Below are positions 19,624 through 30,465 of a stretch of 64,000 nt of DNA, in pieces. Each line of letters opens with the position of its first letter. The first letter of the stretch is position 1. Made by a program: the position numbers and the translations under genes. The DNA is taken from assembly GCA_965243025.1 (NCBI GenBank), contig CBDETY010000003.1:6016001-6080000 (forward strand), given 5' to 3'. The notes under the pieces are model-generated. The model saw nothing but the letters and a program-made list of their open reading frames with translations. It was not told where the DNA came from and did no database searches. The DNA is from Candidatus Latescibacterota bacterium (GTDB lineage: Bacteria; Latescibacterota; UBA2968; UBA8231).

Positions 19624-22600
19624 ATGAAAAATAGCCACCAAGTATCCATGAAATGGTTGCGAGGGGGAATGCTCGTCTTGCTGGCCATTTCGTTTCTCCC
19701 AAGGGGGCTGCAAGCGCAGTTTGCTCCTCCAACAGTGACGGTGAAATCCGGACCGGAGCAGCTCACGGTGGAGTGGAACGAGGTAGAGGGGGCCACCGGC
19801 TACAAGGTGCAGTGGAGGAATTCCTCCACTGAGGCGGATGCGGAAAATACTGACTGGGATGCCAGCCGCCAGGCCATGGAACCCGGGACGAGTAGGAGTA
19901 GTCTCATCGAGGATCTGGACCCAGCCATCACCTACGAAGTGCGGGCTTTCGCCAAAGACATGTACGGTGACTACAGCAATCCTTCGAATGATCCCGATGG
20001 GGACGGTACTCCTATATCTCCACTCACCACTGGCACGCCGGCACCGGGCCAGGTGACGGGCGTGACGGTGACCGTTCCTGCCGCCGCGGGACAGCTCACG
20101 GTGACTTGGGACGGGTTAGATGTCGCCACTAATTACAAGGTACAGTGGAGGGATCCGGATGAGGTAGACTCTTGGGAGGATTTCGAGCCCGACGATGACG
20201 GAACGGACCCGGACAACGAAGAATCGGTGGCCGCGTCGACCTCGGACCCACTCCCAACAACCTATAGCCATACTATTACGGCGACTACTGGAGGTCTGTC
20301 GGCGGAGAACACGTACATAGTGCGGGTGATCGCCACCAACGGCGTCGACACCGAGGCCAGCAACGGCGGCGACGGCACGCCCTCAGACGACGCCACAGGT
20401 AGGCCGAGGCCAGGTCAGGTGAACGGCCCGGGGGATGCTACTGACGATCCTTTGACGGTGGAACCTGGTGAGGGGAAGCTCACCGTGAAGTGGGAGGGGG
20501 TCGAGGGGGCCGATGAATACAAAGTGCAGTGGAAGTCGGGGACGCAGGACTGGGACCCGAGCAACCGCCAAGGCATGGAGGACCAGGACGCAACCAGTCA
20601 TGAGATTACGGGTCTGACGGCGGGCACCGAGTACACGGTGCGGGTGTTCGCCACTAACGGCGACGACACCGACGCCAGTGACGGCGGCGACGGTACCCCC
20701 TCAGTGGAAGCCACAGGCACGCCGCAGCCGGGCCAGGTAACGGGGGTGACGGTGACCTCCGACGCGGCGGCGGAGCTTACGGTATCGTGGACGGCGGTTT
20801 CTGGAACTGGAATTGAATACAAGGTGCAGTGGAGGGATGCGACTAGTGTTACCTCTTGGGATGATTTCACACCCACCGACGGCACCAACCAAGCAACGGC
20901 GACCGCAACGAGCTATACGATTTCTCCTTCAACGCCTCTGACGGTGGGCACCGAGTACACGGTGCGGGTGATTGCCACACACGATGCGGCCGCAGCTGCG
21001 GTCGAGGACGTTTTTCTAGCCGACGGCACGCCTTCAGAGGACGCCACAGGCACCCCGAGGCCGGGCCAGGTGCAGAACTTGGCGCAGAACCCCGCCCCGG
21101 CCAGCGCCCTACCGGGGGAGGTTACGGTAACATGGGACCGGTTGATAGGGGCAGATAGCTACACGGTGCAGTGGAAGTTGGCGACGGAGGTGAATTACGA
21201 CGGGACCCGCCTAGCCACGATCGACCAGACCCCCACTGGGGAGAATCCTTCCCATAGGATTACGGGGCTGGGGAGCGCCGCCCACACGGTGCAAGTGTAT
21301 GCCACAAACAATGATGAGCAGGATGGCGCGCAGGATGGTGCGCCTCTGGAACTTTCTGTAACCCCGGGAACCCCGGGGAACAACCAGGTAACGGGCGTGA
21401 CGGTGACTCCCGGCTCGCAGCAGCTCACGGTGGAGTGGGTCGCGGTCACCGGGGCCACTGAATACAAGGTGCAGTGGTGGAAGGGAGACGACGCAACATT
21501 CGATGCTGCTGATGATGATGAAAAAGGCGATGTCACGGGGATTCGGGGTACACGGTATACGATCAGGAGCCTGGATGAGGACACCGAGTACATGGTCCAG
21601 GTGATTAACGGGGAGGATGATGGAACAGCCTCCCCAGTGACCGATCAGTGGACCAAGCCGGGTCAGGTGACGGGCGTGACCGCGGAGGCCACTTCCGGCC
21701 AGACCGGACAGCTCACGGTGGGTTGGACTGTAGCCACCACCGTGGGGACGAGGACCGACGGCGGCTACAAGGTGCAGTGGAGAACGGGGTCAGAGAATTG
21801 GGACCCCGACAGCCGTCAAGTCGATGTGACCGGTGCGAGTGCGACGGGGACGACGATTGGCGATGAAACGCCTGCTTCGGACATGCCTTTGGGGGGCACT
21901 CTCTACCGAGTGCGGGTGATCGCCTACAATGATGGCGGCGACGGTGACCCCTCGGGCGAGGCCAGAGCAACGCCGTTGGCGGCCCAGGTAGCAACCCCGA
22001 CGGTGACTCCCGGCCCGGAGGAGCTCAAGGTGGTGTGGGTCAAGGCAAATGGGGCCTATAGGTACAAGGTGCAGTGGACGACGGAATCAGGTTTCACAGG
22101 TTTCACAGCCACTGAAGGCACCAACCAAAAAACGGTGACCGACGATAACCCGGAATTTACGCCGGAATTTACGATTGAGGGTCTGACGGGGGGGACCCCG
22201 TACCAGGTGCGGGTGATCGCCGAAAACGAAAGCGGCACGGCGGCCGAGGGGACCGTGAACGCGACATCAGGCACGCCGGCGCCGGGCATGGTGGGAACTC
22301 TGACGGTGACTGCCGGCTCGGAGCAGCTCACGGTGGAATGGGATGCGGTCACGGGCGCCACCAGCTACAAGGTGCAGTGGAGGGTTCCGGATGAGAACGC
22401 TTCTTGGGGTGCGGATGATTTCACAGCCGCCGAAAACGACAACCAAGCAACGGTGACCGGGAGCCCACTGCCAACGAGCTATACGATTTCTCCTACCTCT
22501 ACACCAGCGGCTACATCGGCTCTGTCGGCGGACACTGAGTACACGGTGCGGGTGGTCCCCGTAGTAGGCACTGTGGACGGCACCCCCTCAGCCGACGCCA

Positions 22601-25600
22601 CAGGCAGGCCGGCGCCAGGCCAGATTGAGGACGACACTGGCACTTCTGATGTCGATGAGGGTGTAACGGTGACCCCCCTGGAGGGAGCGCTCAAGGTATC
22701 CTGGGGGGAAGTCTCGGGAGCTACGGGTTACACGGTGCAGTGGAAGTCGGGGAGTGACCCGTACTCGAGGAATAACCAAGCTGACCTCAGCGAAACCGAA
22801 CGTGAGATCACGCCTCTGACGGCGGGCGTCCAGTACACGGTGCGGGTGTTCGCCTACAACGGCGACGCCAGCGACGCTAGCGACGGTGGCGTCGGCCCGT
22901 CCTCAGACGAGGCCACAGGCACGCCGCAGCCGGGCCAGGTAACGGGGGTGACGGTGACCTCCGACGCGGCGGCGGAGCTTACGGTATCGTGGACGGCGGT
23001 TTCTGGAACTGGAATTGAATACAAGGTGCAGTGGAGGGATGCGACTAGTGTTACCTCTTGGGATGATTTCACACCCACCGACGGCACCAACCAAGCAACG
23101 GCGACCGCAACGAGCTATACGATTTCTCCTTCAACGCCTCTGACGGTGGGCACCGAGTACACGGTGCGGGTGATTGCCACACACGATGCGGCCGCAGCTG
23201 CGGTCGAGGACGTTTTTCTAGCCGACGGCACGCCCTCAGACGACGAAACAGGCATCCCGAGGCCGGGCCCGGTGCAGACCCTGGCGGTGGCTACCTCACC
23301 AGCTAACGGCTGGGCGGCCACGGTAACCTGGGACCGGCTCACCGGGGCAGATAATGGATACATAGTGCAGTGGAAATTGGCGACGGAGGTGAATTACGAC
23401 CGGACCCGCCAGGCCACGGAGCCCCAGACTGAGGAGACTCAGACCACTGTCACCCATAGGATTACGGGACTGACGGCGGGCACTGCGTACACGGTGCAGG
23501 TTTACGCCACAAACGATGGAGGCCATGGGCCGGCTACGTCACCAGCCGCGAACCACCCTTTCACCCCGGTTGCCTCGACAGGCAACCAGGTGGTGGGGGT
23601 GATGGTGACGGCGGGCTCGGAAGAGCTTACGGTAACGTGGGACAGGGTCCCGGGAGCCACTGGATACAAGGTGCAGTGGAATAGTGATGGTACTTACGAC
23701 GACTTAACCGTTGATACTGATGATCCTGACGACAGAACAGCCGATGCGTCCGGGACCAGTTATACGATAACGGGTCTGACGGGGGGAACCACCTACAATG
23801 TTCAGGTGATTGCTGTTGTGGGCGGGGAGAATCAATCACCCTCAGCCACCGGGTCCACAGGCATACCGAAGCCGGGCAAGGTTACGATAAAGGCGGTGAG
23901 ACTCGGCGAGGGGACCCTCAATGTGTCGTGGGATGAGGTCACGGGAGTCACTGGATACACGGTGCAGTGGAGGGAGGATTCGCAGCAGTACAGCTCCCGG
24001 TCAAGGATGAAACAACCCACCCCCGCCACAGCTACGCAGATAGAATTAGATATGGATGACCTGCGTGGTCCTGGCCAACTGATGCCTTCGGGTCAGAAGT
24101 ACTGGGTGCAGGTTTACGCCACAAACGCTTCGGGTGATGGCCCGACTTCAGACGAAGTCGCAGGCACCCCGTTGCCGGGCAAGGTGGACGACACGGATGA
24201 GAATCGCGGCCCTGTGACGGTTACTCGCGGGCCGCAGCAGCTCGAGGTGGGGTGGGATGCCGTCCCGGGAGCCACGGGCTACACGGTGCAGTGGAAGTCG
24301 GGGAGCCAGGATTTCGACAACTTGCTCGATAGTGATGATGCGGCCGACACCAGAACGGCGCGCTTGGGAGTTGTGTCCAGTTATACGATTGAGAATCTGA
24401 TCGCAGGCACCCAGTACACGGTGCAGGTTTTCGCTTCCAACGCGGGCGGGTTGGGGGCGGCTTCGGATCTGCAAAGAGGCACCCCAGCACCGGGCACGGT
24501 GACGGGGGTGACGGTGACTGCCGGCTCGGGGGCGCTCACGGTATCGTGGACGGCGGTCCCGGGGGCGGCTGGATACAAAATCCAGTGGAAGTCGGGTTCA
24601 GAGGAGTACGACCCGGCAACCCGCGAAGGCCGGAGGACGGGTCTGAGTTACACCATCGAAAGCCTTTCGGCGGACACCGAGTATACGGTGCAGGTGATCG
24701 CCACCCTGGACCTGAGCAACTCCAACACCCCGGAGACAGACGACAGCGCTCCCTCAGACGAAGCCACAGGTACTCCGTTGCCGGGCAAGGTGGCAAGCGT
24801 GAATGTGGTGGCCGGGGCGGAGAAGCTCCTGCTGTCGTGGGACGAGGTTACCGGGGCCGACGGCTACACGGTGCAGTGGAGGTCGGGTCAGCAGACGTTC
24901 GCGGATGCCGCAACCGACAACCGCGAAGCCACGGATATTACGGGGACGAGGTATACGATTGAGGGTCTGACGGCGGACCCCGCGACCCAGTACACGGTGC
25001 AGGTGATCGCCTACAATGCGAGCGGCAACGGCGATCCTTCAGACGAAGCAACAGGCACTCCGGTGCCGGTGGCTGAGGGCCAGGTCGCGAACGTGATGGT
25101 GGACCCCGGCCCGGAGCGGCTCGCGGTATCGTGGAGCATGGTCCCGGGCGCCACCGGCTACAAGGTGCAGTGGAAGTCGGGATCGGAGACGTTCGCGAAT
25201 GCGGCAACCGACGACCGCGAAGAAGAAGTGACCGGTTTGAGCTATACGATTCCGGATCTGGAACCGGACACCGAATACACGGTACGGGTAATAGCTGTCC
25301 TTTCCACGGGCGACGGACCGGATTCGGATGAGGCCTTCGGGACTCCGACGGATCGTCTGGGCCAGGTCGCGAACGTGATGGTAACTCCCGGCCCGTACCA
25401 TCTCTCCGTAGCATGGGACGAGGTCACGGGCGCCACCGGCTACAAGGTGCAGTGGAAGTCGGGGGACGAGGACTACGACGAAACGAACCGCCAAGCGCTG
25501 ATTGAAGTCGGCGACGACCCTGGCTTCAGTCATACTTCGATTGGCCTTGGCGGTCGGACGGCAGGCATCGAATACACAATTCAGGTGATTGCTACAATAA

Positions 25601-28600
25601 TCGAGACCGGAGACGCCGACGATGGACCGGCTTCCGCTCCGGCCACGGGCACTCCGCAGCCGGGCCAGGTAACCAACGTGCGGGCTGCCGGCGTAGAAGC
25701 CCTCACGGTATCCTGGAAGGCAGTCCCTGACGCCACGATGTATAGAGTTTATTGGAAATCGGGCACGCAGGATTTCGACGCCTCCCGCCTAGCCGAGGTG
25801 ACCAGCGGTACACGCCATGTGATTCCGAATCTGACGGTAGGCACCCAGTACACGGTGTTTGTGGTTGCCGGCGTGGCCTCCGTCTACGGACAACCTTCAG
25901 ACGAAGTCACAGGCACGCCGACCCGGCGGCGACCATCTACACCATCAACACCCTCTACACCCACTCCTCAGCCGCCAACAACGCCGCCTGCGCAACCTAC
26001 GACGCCGCCTGTCACCAGTGCGCCCAAAGACCCGAAACCGGGCAAGGTAGTGCTCTCGTCGGTGAAGGCGGGAGCAGAAGGCGGTCAGCTTGCGGTGAAG
26101 TGGCGGGTGATGGCCAAAGCATCCGGATACAAGGTGCAGTGGAAGTCGGGAGACCAGGATTTCTCCTCGTCTCGCCAGGCCAGAGTAAGCGGAATGCTGG
26201 CGGTCAACCACGTCATTGGCGATCTGGACTATACAATCGAACACATGGTACGGGTCATCGCCTATAACCAGCACGGGGACGGCCCGCCTTCGGATAGCCG
26301 CGAGGCAACTCCGAAGCGCGGCGTACCCAAGAACAACCTCGCCATAGAAGATCCGGACGAGGCTCGCACCGTCGGTCAGGCCATTTCCCTGACGGTATCG
26401 GTGGCTGAGGAAGGCGCTCATGTCCTCGAAGTAACCGGAGGCCGGGGCGTCACGCTGAGCGGAGACGGGGTAACCGATCAGGGCGGCGGCTCGGCTCAGT
26501 TGGATGCGGACTCCTGGTCTGAAGGACAGCGCACCGTCGTCCTGAACGACACGGTAGGTCCGGACGTACTGTCCATCGTGCTCCGCAACACGGACGGTGA
26601 TTCCCTGGCCGGGCTCTCCGGGATCATGTACAACCCGGGCGAGGCCAGTCAGTTGGTGGTCACCGGATTGCCGGATACGCTGGCCGTAGGCCGGGCGTAC
26701 CGGGGCCAGGTTTCCGCTACGGATTCGTACGGTAACGTCCGCACCGAGGACCGCGAGGTCACCATATCCACCGATGCGAGGAACGTCAGTTCGTCCTCCC
26801 CGGTGGAGCTGGAGGAGGGTACCGGCGGATTCTGGGTACGCAGCGACGAGGTACCGGCCACGGCTCTGGTGCTGACGTTCGAGGATTCGGAGGACAGCGA
26901 TCTGAGCAGTTCGGTATCGGTGACGGTGCGGCCGTTGGATGCACCGGATCGAGTGGTCGCCGCCGACAACCCGGGTGATGAGGGCGGATTCGTCCTGCTC
27001 ACCTGGGATCTGTCCGACGATCATTCCATACTGGACACGTACCGCATCTTCCGGGGTGAGGGTTCGGCCAGAGAATGGGGGAGCGTCGCCGCCGCTCCCG
27101 GCGCTACGGAAGGCCGGGCAGTAGTAGCCACCCTGGACACGATGTCCTCTGTATGGGGCGTCCTGGGCCAGATCGGCGGCAGCAGCATGATGGACGATAT
27201 GGCCTGTATGGCCGACATCGTCGTGACCGGATCGGACGTGGACGGACTGGAGGTACTGGTCTGGCGCACCGGCTCGGGGAACCGGGTCAGTTCGCCCCGG
27301 TCTTCCAACATCCTCTGGAAAGGCACCACGGACGCCACCGGGCAGGTCAGCCTGAGTGTCAACAACTCGGGTCGCACCAGCTCCTATGCCGCCACCGCCC
27401 GCAGGGACGGTGAGTTGGTAGCCAGCTGGCGCGGTATACAGCTGACTCCGTCCGACTGTCCCAGTCTCGAACTGGCCATCGGGGGCGAGGCCACGGTAGG
27501 CGGAGCGACCGACCAGCGACCGAGCGTCGTTCTGATGTCGTCGATTACGCAGTCGGGTTCGGCTCGCGCCCTCGACAACACGCCGCCGGCTGCGGCGGGG
27601 TCCTTCCGGGCCGTGGATGTCCCCGACGACGACGGAGGCCAAATCCAGTTGTCGTGGACCGAGTCGGCCTCGGACGTCTCGATAACCCGCTCCGTCGAGG
27701 GCGCCGTAGGTCCGGTAACCTCGGACATGAGCCGCGGCGTGGTGGGCTATCGTATCTACCGGGAGGAGGCCGAAGGGTTTGCTCTCCTCGGGACGGTCGG
27801 TCCCGGTGTCACCGGGTTCGTGGATACGACGGCCATCACCGGAATACGGTTCACCTACGTCGTCTCCGCCTTCGATCAGGACAACGAGACCGTATCGGAG
27901 GAGGAGGAAGCCATGTCCATCCGCAACCGCGAGGAAGACGTCAACGGCAAGCTCATCCAGGGCTTGTTCGGGGCGGACAAGACCGTCGGCTTCGACGACT
28001 ACTTCCACTTCGCCGATCACTACGGTTCGTCGGTGGAGGATACGGAATGGGAACCGGCCTTCGATCTGGCCGCCAAACAGGCCGTGGACATCGACGGATA
28101 CAACGTATTCGCCGAGAACTTCGGCCGTCAGACCGCTTCGGCCGCCAAGGTCATCCCGCTCGAGCCCGGCCGGAACGAACAGACCCGGCTGGACTTCTTC
28201 GGCGGCGTACCGCTTCCGCGAGTCGGTGAAGAGTTCGTCCTGACCCTGCACCTGAGCGACTTCGGTCTGCTCAAGGGCTACGGCTTCCAGGTCGAGTTCG
28301 ACGGCGAGGAGCTGGAGGTGGTTCGCGCCGTAGCCGCCGATAACGGCCTCGGGGAGGGCATCCTCGCCAACCCGCAAGTCCTGGCCGTAGCGGAGGGGAA
28401 ACAAGCCATCGTCGCCTACGGAGACGAAGTGTCCGAAGGCACCGTGGCGGTGGAGTTGGTGTTCCGCGCCCTGCGGGAGTTCGAAGACGGTTGGATCAGG
28501 ATCACTGAGGGCCAGGTCAGAGACGGCGCCTTCGCCGTCAATCCCCTGGTCCTGCCGGCCCCGGTGCAGATGGAGACGCTACCTGAGGTCTACGCGCTCG

Positions 28601-28863
28601 GGTTCAACTACCCGAACCCCTTCAATCCGGAAACCACGATCAAGTACGCGCTGCCACAGGCGTCTGACGTGAAGCTGGTGGTATACAACTCGATTGGACA
28701 GGTGGTCCGAACCCTCGTGAACGAGCGCCAGAGCATCGGCCGCTACGCCTTCACGTGGGACGCGACCAACGACCGCGGCCAGGCGGTGTCTTCGGGAATC
28801 TACCTGTACCGCCTGCAGGCAGGAGAGTTCGCCCAAGTCAGAAAGATGCTGTTGCTCAAGTAG
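19624..28863 (+). CDS. Giant secreted fibronectin type III repeat protein (~3080 aa) with dockerin-like, cohesin-like and FlgD-Ig/T9SS-A C-terminal cassette
   Basis: Signal peptide MKWLRGGMLVLLAISFLPRGLQA; 21 repeats of L.V.W..V.GA..Y.VQW..YTV.V.A; P/T linker; tail NYPNPFNPETT..SSGIYLYRL..RKMLLLK. Start at 19624 or 19648. Confidence 0.93.
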   Translation: MKNSHQVSMKWLRGGMLVLLAISFLPRGLQAQFAPPTVTVKSGPEQLTVEWNEVEGATGYKVQWRNSSTEADAENTDWDASRQAMEPGTSRSSLIEDLDPAITYEVRAFAKDMYGDYSNPSNDPDGDGTPISPLTTGTPAPGQVTGVTVTVPAAAGQLTVTWDGLDVATNYKVQWRDPDEVDSWEDFEPDDDGTDPDNEESVAASTSDPLPTTYSHTITATTGGLSAENTYIVRVIATNGVDTEASNGGDGTPSDDATGRPRPGQVNGPGDATDDPLTVEPGEGKLTVKWEGVEGADEYKVQWKSGTQDWDPSNRQGMEDQDATSHEITGLTAGTEYTVRVFATNGDDTDASDGGDGTPSVEATGTPQPGQVTGVTVTSDAAAELTVSWTAVSGTGIEYKVQWRDATSVTSWDDFTPTDGTNQATATATSYTISPSTPLTVGTEYTVRVIATHDAAAAAVEDVFLADGTPSEDATGTPRPGQVQNLAQNPAPASALPGEVTVTWDRLIGADSYTVQWKLATEVNYDGTRLATIDQTPTGENPSHRITGLGSAAHTVQVYATNNDEQDGAQDGAPLELSVTPGTPGNNQVTGVTVTPGSQQLTVEWVAVTGATEYKVQWWKGDDATFDAADDDEKGDVTGIRGTRYTIRSLDEDTEYMVQVINGEDDGTASPVTDQWTKPGQVTGVTAEATSGQTGQLTVGWTVATTVGTRTDGGYKVQWRTGSENWDPDSRQVDVTGASATGTTIGDETPASDMPLGGTLYRVRVIAYNDGGDGDPSGEARATPLAAQVATPTVTPGPEELKVVWVKANGAYRYKVQWTTESGFTGFTATEGTNQKTVTDDNPEFTPEFTIEGLTGGTPYQVRVIAENESGTAAEGTVNATSGTPAPGMVGTLTVTAGSEQLTVEWDAVTGATSYKVQWRVPDENASWGADDFTAAENDNQATVTGSPLPTSYTISPTSTPAATSALSADTEYTVRVVPVVGTVDGTPSADATGRPAPGQIEDDTGTSDVDEGVTVTPLEGALKVSWGEVSGATGYTVQWKSGSDPYSRNNQADLSETEREITPLTAGVQYTVRVFAYNGDASDASDGGVGPSSDEATGTPQPGQVTGVTVTSDAAAELTVSWTAVSGTGIEYKVQWRDATSVTSWDDFTPTDGTNQATATATSYTISPSTPLTVGTEYTVRVIATHDAAAAAVEDVFLADGTPSDDETGIPRPGPVQTLAVATSPANGWAATVTWDRLTGADNGYIVQWKLATEVNYDRTRQATEPQTEETQTTVTHRITGLTAGTAYTVQVYATNDGGHGPATSPAANHPFTPVASTGNQVVGVMVTAGSEELTVTWDRVPGATGYKVQWNSDGTYDDLTVDTDDPDDRTADASGTSYTITGLTGGTTYNVQVIAVVGGENQSPSATGSTGIPKPGKVTIKAVRLGEGTLNVSWDEVTGVTGYTVQWREDSQQYSSRSRMKQPTPATATQIELDMDDLRGPGQLMPSGQKYWVQVYATNASGDGPTSDEVAGTPLPGKVDDTDENRGPVTVTRGPQQLEVGWDAVPGATGYTVQWKSGSQDFDNLLDSDDAADTRTARLGVVSSYTIENLIAGTQYTVQVFASNAGGLGAASDLQRGTPAPGTVTGVTVTAGSGALTVSWTAVPGAAGYKIQWKSGSEEYDPATREGRRTGLSYTIESLSADTEYTVQVIATLDLSNSNTPETDDSAPSDEATGTPLPGKVASVNVVAGAEKLLLSWDEVTGADGYTVQWRSGQQTFADAATDNREATDITGTRYTIEGLTADPATQYTVQVIAYNASGNGDPSDEATGTPVPVAEGQVANVMVDPGPERLAVSWSMVPGATGYKVQWKSGSETFANAATDDREEEVTGLSYTIPDLEPDTEYTVRVIAVLSTGDGPDSDEAFGTPTDRLGQVANVMVTPGPYHLSVAWDEVTGATGYKVQWKSGDEDYDETNRQALIEVGDDPGFSHTSIGLGGRTAGIEYTIQVIATIIETGDADDGPASAPATGTPQPGQVTNVRAAGVEALTVSWKAVPDATMYRVYWKSGTQDFDASRLAEVTSGTRHVIPNLTVGTQYTVFVVAGVASVYGQPSDEVTGTPTRRRPSTPSTPSTPTPQPPTTPPAQPTTPPVTSAPKDPKPGKVVLSSVKAGAEGGQLAVKWRVMAKASGYKVQWKSGDQDFSSSRQARVSGMLAVNHVIGDLDYTIEHMVRVIAYNQHGDGPPSDSREATPKRGVPKNNLAIEDPDEARTVGQAISLTVSVAEEGAHVLEVTGGRGVTLSGDGVTDQGGGSAQLDADSWSEGQRTVVLNDTVGPDVLSIVLRNTDGDSLAGLSGIMYNPGEASQLVVTGLPDTLAVGRAYRGQVSATDSYGNVRTEDREVTISTDARNVSSSSPVELEEGTGGFWVRSDEVPATALVLTFEDSEDSDLSSSVSVTVRPLDAPDRVVAADNPGDEGGFVLLTWDLSDDHSILDTYRIFRGEGSAREWGSVAAAPGATEGRAVVATLDTMSSVWGVLGQIGGSSMMDDMACMADIVVTGSDVDGLEVLVWRTGSGNRVSSPRSSNILWKGTTDATGQVSLSVNNSGRTSSYAATARRDGELVASWRGIQLTPSDCPSLELAIGGEATVGGATDQRPSVVLMSSITQSGSARALDNTPPAAAGSFRAVDVPDDDGGQIQLSWTESASDVSITRSVEGAVGPVTSDMSRGVVGYRIYREEAEGFALLGTVGPGVTGFVDTTAITGIRFTYVVSAFDQDNETVSEEEEAMSIRNREEDVNGKLIQGLFGADKTVGFDDYFHFADHYGSSVEDTEWEPAFDLAAKQAVDIDGYNVFAENFGRQTASAAKVIPLEPGRNEQTRLDFFGGVPLPRVGEEFVLTLHLSDFGLLKGYGFQVEFDGEELEVVRAVAADNGLGEGILANPQVLAVAEGKQAIVAYGDEVSEGTVAVELVFRALREFEDGWIRITEGQVRDGAFAVNPLVLPAPVQMETLPEVYALGFNYPNPFNPETTIKYALPQASDVKLVVYNSIGQVVRTLVNERQSIGRYAFTWDATNDRGQAVSSGIYLYRLQAGEFAQVRKMLLLK
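20710..21032 (+). repeat. ~323-bp intragenic repeat, copy 1 (FN3 unit 4)
   Basis: No mismatch seen versus 22912-23234. Confidence 0.9.
22912..23234 (+). repeat. ~323-bp intragenic repeat, copy 2 (FN3 unit 11)
   Basis: Offset 2202 bp (734 codons) from copy 1. Confidence 0.9.
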
Positions 28864-28875
28864 AAGCAGGTGGGT

Positions 28876-28936
28876 AAAGAGGGGGGTTGGGAAAGGAGGC
28901 AATTTCGTCGTCTCCCTCCCACCCCTCTTTTTATTT
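28876..28936 (+). terminator. Intrinsic terminator after the FN3 gene
   Basis: aagagggg..cccctctt stem followed by tttattt. Confidence 0.65.
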
Positions 28937-29088
28937 CAGATTTCGGGGAGATGGGATGTGATTGGGGATGATCGGCAAAACCCCTGAAACCTGGTTCTTG
29001 GGGTGGCCTCCATCGCCAGGTCAAAGGGGGAATGAACATCGGCATCCCATCTTCCTTTTTTCTTTTTCCCCTGTGAAATAAGACGAAC

Positions 29089-29298
29089 ATGGCCAAGAAG
29101 AGAAAATACAGGCGGCCAAGCCACTATCCCGAGCATTTGAGTGTAGCCGTGACCCAGGCCACACAAGAAGCCGTCGAGGAGGTCGCCGACCAGGCCGGGT
29201 GGTCGGTCGCCGAAACGGTCCGGGAGTGCATCGAGGCCGGCCTGCCGAAGGTGCGGGCCAGTGCGGGCAGGAGCAACGACATCCCCTCTTCGGCATGA
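29089..29298 (+). CDS. Ribbon-helix-helix (CopG-like) protein, paralogue 1
   Basis: HLSVAVTQATQEAVEEVADQAGWSVAETVRECIEAGL (strand-helix-G.S-helix). Confidence 0.75.
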   Translation: MAKKRKYRRPSHYPEHLSVAVTQATQEAVEEVADQAGWSVAETVRECIEAGLPKVRASAGRSNDIPSSA

Positions 29299-29531
29299 CC
29301 CAAACCAGACCCTACCGGCGAAGGAGCCACTACCCCGGGCACCTGAGTGTATCCATGAACGGGGCCACGAGAGAAACCGTCGAGAAGATCGCCGACCAGG
29401 CCGGTTGGTCGTTGGCCGAAACAGTCCGGAAGTGCATCGAGAGCGGCCTGCCGGTGGTGAAGTTGCGGGTGAAAAGAAACTACCACCCACACCATCCCGG
29501 AAGGTGGCCCGGCTCGCCTTCCATTTCCTAG
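29295..29531 (+). CDS. RHH-like protein, paralogue 2
   Basis: ATGA overlap; HLSVSMNGATRETVEKIADQAGWSLAETVRKCIESGL. Confidence 0.75.
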   Translation: MTQTRPYRRRSHYPGHLSVSMNGATRETVEKIADQAGWSLAETVRKCIESGLPVVKLRVKRNYHPHHPGRWPGSPSIS

Positions 29532-29549
29532 CTGAAATTCCCCTCTGGC

Positions 29550-29879
29550 ATGCCCAGGAGACCATACAGGCGAAGGATCCACTTCCCCGGCCATTTGAGG
29601 GCGTCGGTGAGCACTTCCGTACAACAAGCCGTTGAGGAGCTGGCCGAAGAGGCCGGTTGGTCCTACGCCGAGGTGGTCCGGGAGTGCATCGACGTCGGCC
29701 TGCCGGTGGTGAAGTCGCGGGTGACTACCCTTGAGGAGTTGGCCGACGAGACCGGTTGGTCCTATGCCGAGGTGGTCCGGGAGTGCATCGACGTCGGCCT
29801 GCCGGTGGTGAAGTCGCGGGTGATCTCATCCTGGTTGGATTCAGAAAAAGAAACAGAAGGGGTGGCCGGAAACCCCTGA
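29550..29879 (+). CDS. RHH-like protein, paralogue 3, with duplicated helix-helix segment
   Basis: EELA.E.GWSYAEVVRECIDVGLPVVKSRV occurs twice (99-bp period). Confidence 0.75.
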   Translation: MPRRPYRRRIHFPGHLRASVSTSVQQAVEELAEEAGWSYAEVVRECIDVGLPVVKSRVTTLEELADETGWSYAEVVRECIDVGLPVVKSRVISSWLDSEKETEGVAGNP

Positions 29880-30243
29880 AGGGGAAAGCGGCAAGGTGTT
29901 TGGGAAACGCCTGCAATTCGAAGGTGCCGTCCTGCGGTTCCTGATTTGCAGGCGTTTTCGTTGGTACCGAAAACACCGCACCGGAACCCCGGTTCCAGAC
30001 AGGGATGGAGGAAGGGGTCCCTACAATTAACCCCGGCCCCACCAGGTGGGACCTCAACTATCCGTAACTGAAAGCGTCACCGGAGACGAGGGTTCCGGCA
30101 GGGACTACAACCAGGTCTGGAACCTTGTTTCGGCAGGAGGAGAACACGGTTCGCGAGAGCCTGCGCGAACTGCTCCACGATTTGTAATGAGAACTTTCTG
30201 ACGTTCACCGACCATTAAAGACCCTGTGTGTGGAGAAAGACCA

Positions 30244-30465
30244 ATGAACCGACGTGAACATCACGACCTGATGGCCGTGGTGATTGAATCCGGGCTTCAC
30301 CTAGAGAAACTCAACATCCTGAAAACCGAAGTGAACGGAATTGCCCCGTATCCCAAGACCCATAAGGCCCACCGGGTGGTACTGGGCTGTCTGAACATGC
30401 TGGCAGCATCCCTTGAGGAATTCAAAATGGCTGCCAGAGAGGAGATACAGATTACAGGGCCATGA
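30244..30465 (+). CDS. Hypothetical protein (73 aa)
   Basis: RBS ggag; helical composition. Confidence 0.5.
   Translation: MNRREHHDLMAVVIESGLHLEKLNILKTEVNGIAPYPKTHKAHRVVLGCLNMLAASLEEFKMAAREEIQITGP

Noticed and set aside
20710-23234. Diversity-generating retroelement TR/VR pair
   Set aside because: The copies are identical with no adenine-specific differences, and there is no reverse transcriptase in the window.
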